Shown piece after piece: positions 61,901 through 64,000 of a stretch of DNA of 64,000 bases. Within the stretch, counting starts at the first letter, position 1; the number at the start of each line of letters is the position of its first letter. The stretch is from Microcoleus sp. (lineage in GTDB: Bacteria > Cyanobacteriota > Cyanobacteriia > Cyanobacteriales > Microcoleaceae). The notes beneath the pieces are model-generated. The model ran no database searches. It worked only from the letters and a program-made list of their open reading frames with translations, and was not told the DNA's origin. The position numbers were made by a program, and so were the translations under genes. The DNA lies in the NCBI GenBank assembly GCA_052279835.1, contig CP181291.1, positions 4,160,001 to 4,224,000 on the forward strand, read 5' to 3'.

Positions 61901-64000
61901 CGGTTATAAGGGGTTCGGCTAGGTCAATAATTTGTTCAAATTGAAATTGACGTACCAGTTTGGTCAATGATTGTATCAAACAAGTTTCTGTCTGGGGAAT
62001 TTCTGCTAGCAGTGGTAAGGCGACTTGGGTATTTGCTTCAAGAGCAGCTTCGTATAGTTGGGTAATCCATTCTTGAGGCATACAGGTGAGGTGTTGTGAA
62101 GTCAAGACGCTCTCTGCTTGCTCATTTAAGCTTGGTGAAGTTGTTTCCGCTAAGATATATTTTACACCAAGATGTTTAGCCAGTGTGTCGAAAATTGTAT
62201 GTTCGGTAAACGGTTTGCGGAGGAAGTCATCGCACCCCGCTGAAAGCACGATCGCCTTTTCTTCTTCTAACACACTCGCAGTTAAAGCAATTACCGCTGT
62301 CCGATTGCCTTTGGTGGTAGATTTAATATGTTTGGTGGCTTCATAACCATCCATAAGGGGCATTCTCATATCCATCCAGATTAAATGCGGTTCCCATTCA
62401 TCCCAAATGGCGATCGCCTCTTGTCCATTACTAGCTTCTTTCATTTCAAATCCTAAAGGAGTGAGTAACTTAATGAGTAATTGTCGATTAATTATTTTGT
62501 CATCTACTGTGAGAATTTTATAGGTAGGTTGACCGGGAGCAATTCCCAGCACTCTGGAATGTTCTTCTGAACTATTGGCATTTGTTTCTTGACCCAGTTT
62601 TACCTGAATATAAAATTGGAAAGTTGTGCCTTTTCCCAAATCGCTTTCTACTGAAATATCCCCTCCCATCAGTTGCACAAATTTGCGACTGATAGCTAAA
62701 CCTAAACCAGTTCCTTCTTGCATCTCTTTCCCGGCTTGTGCTTGGGAAAAAGCATCAAAAATATGTGGTAGTTCTGCGGAGGCAATCCCTACCCCAGTAT
62801 CGCGCACCCGAAAATGAAGATTAAAAACATCTGTTGTTTCTAGCTCTTCCTGAAAAACATCGAGAATAATTTGACCCTCTGAGGTAAATTTAATAGCATT
62901 GCTGAGTAAATTAATTAACACCTGACGTAATTTGACTTCATCCGTACAAATATAGTGGGGGACATTTTCAGTCCGCTGGAATATCAACTTTAAGCCCGCA
63001 TTACTAGCCCGGAGATACAGCATATCTTCTAAATCATTCAGTAAGCGGTAGAGGTCAAATTCACTGGGATTGAGGGTGGTTTTGTCGGCTTCGATTTTGG
63101 ATAAATCGAGGATATGATTAATTAGCGTCAACAGGTAATCGCCACTGCGATATATGATGCCAGCATTTTCGTGTTGTTCTGATGGCAAGTTTGTAGAGCG
63201 TATCATCAATTGAGAAAAACCGAGAATAGCATTGAGAGGCGATCGCAATTCGTGGCTCATGTTGGCAATAAAGGTACTCTTAGCTTGATTAGCAACTTCG
63301 GCTTTTTCCTTAGCAATTGCCAATTCTTCGGTTCTTTGTTGCACTTTTTCTTCTAAATTTTCAAACAATTCTTTTAATTGATGAGCCATGGTATTAAATG
63401 AAATTGCCAGTTCTCCTAATTCATAAGTTTGGTCAATTTCTACACTTTGGTCTAGTTTCCCATCGGCTATATTTTTCGCTGCTTTATTAAGTTTTAAAAT
63501 TGGTTGTGCTACCCAATTGCTAGTCATAATCCCAATAGTTACTACTAAAAAAAATGCCAACACGCACAATAAAATTGTCTGGCGAGTATTAGCATGAATA
63601 CGATCGAGAAAGTCTGATTCAGGTACAACAGTAACAATCAACCAATCTATGCCTAACTCATCTTTATAGGGCGAAATTTGTAAAAATTGTAGAGCGTGAT
63701 TATACTGAAATTCAAGTTGATAGCTGCGGTCAATTGTAGCAAAATCAACGAAATATTTTTTGAGATACTTTGCTGTAGCTTTAACGAGCGGAACGCTACT
63801 TTGTTCTATAGAAGGTCGTGTGGTTTTTTTGAAAGTTTTACTATTATTAAGACTAATTTCAGGTTGAGAACTCGCTACTAACAACCCTTGGCGATCGACA
63901 ATAAATGTTTCTCCATTTTTGCCAATCTTATGTTTCCCCAGAAAATTTTGAACATTATCTAATTCATAAGTAGCTGTAATCACACCTAAAAGTTTACTAT
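61890..64000 (-). CDS. Hybrid sensor histidine kinase (Cache-TM-HAMP-HisKA-HATPase-REC), 5' end outside window
   Basis: [21 protein letters not shown] and WMDMRMP motifs. Confidence 0.93.
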   Translation of the reverse strand, partial: SKLLGVITATYELDNVQNFLGKHKIGKNGETFIVDRQGLLVASSQPEISLNNSKTFKKTTRPSIEQSSVPLVKATAKYLKKYFVDFATIDRSYQLEFQYNHALQFLQISPYKDELGIDWLIVTVVPESDFLDRIHANTRQTILLCVLAFFLVVTIGIMTSNWVAQPILKLNKAAKNIADGKLDQSVEIDQTYELGELAISFNTMAHQLKELFENLEEKVQQRTEELAIAKEKAEVANQAKSTFIANMSHELRSPLNAILGFSQLMIRSTNLPSEQHENAGIIYRSGDYLLTLINHILDLSKIEADKTTLNPSEFDLYRLLNDLEDMLYLRASNAGLKLIFQRTENVPHYICTDEVKLRQVLINLLSNAIKFTSEGQIILDVFQEELETTDVFNLHFRVRDTGVGIASAELPHIFDAFSQAQAGKEMQEGTGLGLAISRKFVQLMGGDISVESDLGKGTTFQFYIQVKLGQETNANSSEEHSRVLGIAPGQPTYKILTVDDKIINRQLLIKLLTPLGFEMKEASNGQEAIAIWDEWEPHLIWMDMRMPLMDGYEATKHIKSTTKGNRTAVIALTASVLEEEKAIVLSAGCDDFLRKPFTEHTIFDTLAKHLGVKYILAETTSPSLNEQAESVLTSQHLTCMPQEWITQLYEAALEANTQVALPLLAEIPQTETCLIQSLTKLVRQFQFEQIIDLAEPLITDEP

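Overview
64 kb of a filamentous cyanobacterial chromosome. The HIP1 octamer GCGATCGC is frequent and heptamer tandem repeats are common; the style suggests Oscillatoriales/Microcoleaceae, which is an inference. Core genes: cpcG, cpcS and nblA; cobT; pgsA; nadC; sufR with sufBCDS; hslO; ftsW/rodA; a pflB-pflA-adhE fermentation cluster; and a two-component/diguanylate cyclase cluster. Accessory content: an XRE plus ImmA/IrrE pair followed by a collapsed RHS/Hint toxin relic around a probable orphan immunity gene; four IS200/IS605 (TnpB) derivatives, two of which have no ORF and look like stand-alone omega-RNA (guide RNA) modules; tandem mosaic triplications of Uma2 nucleases and NodS-like methyltransferases; a toxin-antitoxin island with attC-like gene ends; an orphan 5S rRNA with its own promoter; 21-24 nt in-frame insertions at HIP1-like sites; and a giant frameshifted gene with an actin/Hsp70-fold domain. 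No CRISPR array was seen. All calls come from reading the sequence by eye; no searches were run.
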